Virus record (IMG/VR): IMGVR_UViG_2706795462_000001
DNA: 64,000 nt
Direction: 5' to 3' (one strand)
Origin: a virus
Taxonomy: Duplodnaviria > Heunggongvirae > Uroviricota > Caudoviricetes > Herelleviridae
The position numbers and the translations under genes are program-made. Under the pieces are notes generated by a model that searched no databases, was not told the origin of the DNA, and worked only from the letters and a program-made list of their open reading frames with translations. Positions within the stretch are counted from its first letter, which is position 1. Each line of letters begins with the position of its first letter. Of this stretch, positions 63,656 to 64,000 are shown piece after piece.

Positions 63656-64000
63656 ATGATGGCAATGAATGACGATTATAGATTGGTCTTATCCGGTGAT
63701 AGTTCGGATTTAGAGAATAGTCTGAAGGCAATAGAACTTTATATGGATTCCCTAGAATCTAAAAATATTGATGCCCCTTTAGACAATTTCTTAAAGAAAT
63801 TAAAAGTAATTGCTAAAGAAGTTAAAAATGTACAGAACTCAATGGATAAACAAGAAGGTAAATCTGTCATATCTTCTAAAGATATGGATGAATCTATTAA
63901 ATCCACTCAATCTGCTACAAAGAATATAAATGAATTAAAGAAAGCCTTAGATGACCTTCAAAAAGAAAATATATCTAAAGGTATTGCACCTGACCCTGAA
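63656..64000 (+). CDS. probable tail tape-measure protein, 3'-partial
   Basis: RBS AAAATGGATGGTGAATAATG; coiled-coil-type N-terminus; position after tube and chaperone genes; runs off the window. Confidence 0.45.
   Translation, partial: MMAMNDDYRLVLSGDSSDLENSLKAIELYMDSLESKNIDAPLDNFLKKLKVIAKEVKNVQNSMDKQEGKSVISSKDMDESIKSTQSATKNINELKKALDDLQKENISKGIAPDPE

Overview
This 64-kb window reads as a Staphylococcus Twort-like myovirus genome (Kayvirus / phage K-like): the CHAP–amidase–SH3b endolysin, holin, major capsid and tail-tube proteins match phage K proteins as I remember them. Three blocks are visible. (1) ~0–12 kb is a plus-strand early or terminal-repeat-like region of about 30 short genes. 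It contains two tandem paralog families, at least 17 near-consensus sigma-A promoters (TTGACA-N17-TAATAT) and a conserved RBS cassette, and it ends in a terminator at 11754–11783. This block carries 30 copies of the S. aureus Chi heptamer GAAGCGG in both orientations between 1284 and 12301, against about one seen in the remaining 52 kb. (2) 12–43 kb is a minus-strand block: Ser/Thr phosphatase, a NADAR-family gene, tRNA-Met (18172–18243), a tRNA-like remnant, an AAA+ ATPase, MazG, nucleoside deoxyribosyltransferase, ligase, PhoH, RNase H, an HTH regulator, a transglycosylase, an SPFH-family protein, endolysin/holin, and tRNA-Phe and tRNA-Asp (39865–40017) inside a 1.5-kb non-coding stretch. 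(3) 43–64 kb is the plus-strand morphogenesis module: terL, a P/E-rich membrane protein, portal, prohead protease, scaffold-like acidic protein, major capsid protein, head-tail proteins, tail sheath, tail tube, and the start of a probable tape-measure gene. At least nine conserved genes are split by single-nucleotide indels, mostly in A/T homopolymers. This looks like a systematic sequencing/assembly error profile but cannot be separated from real pseudogenes using the sequence alone.
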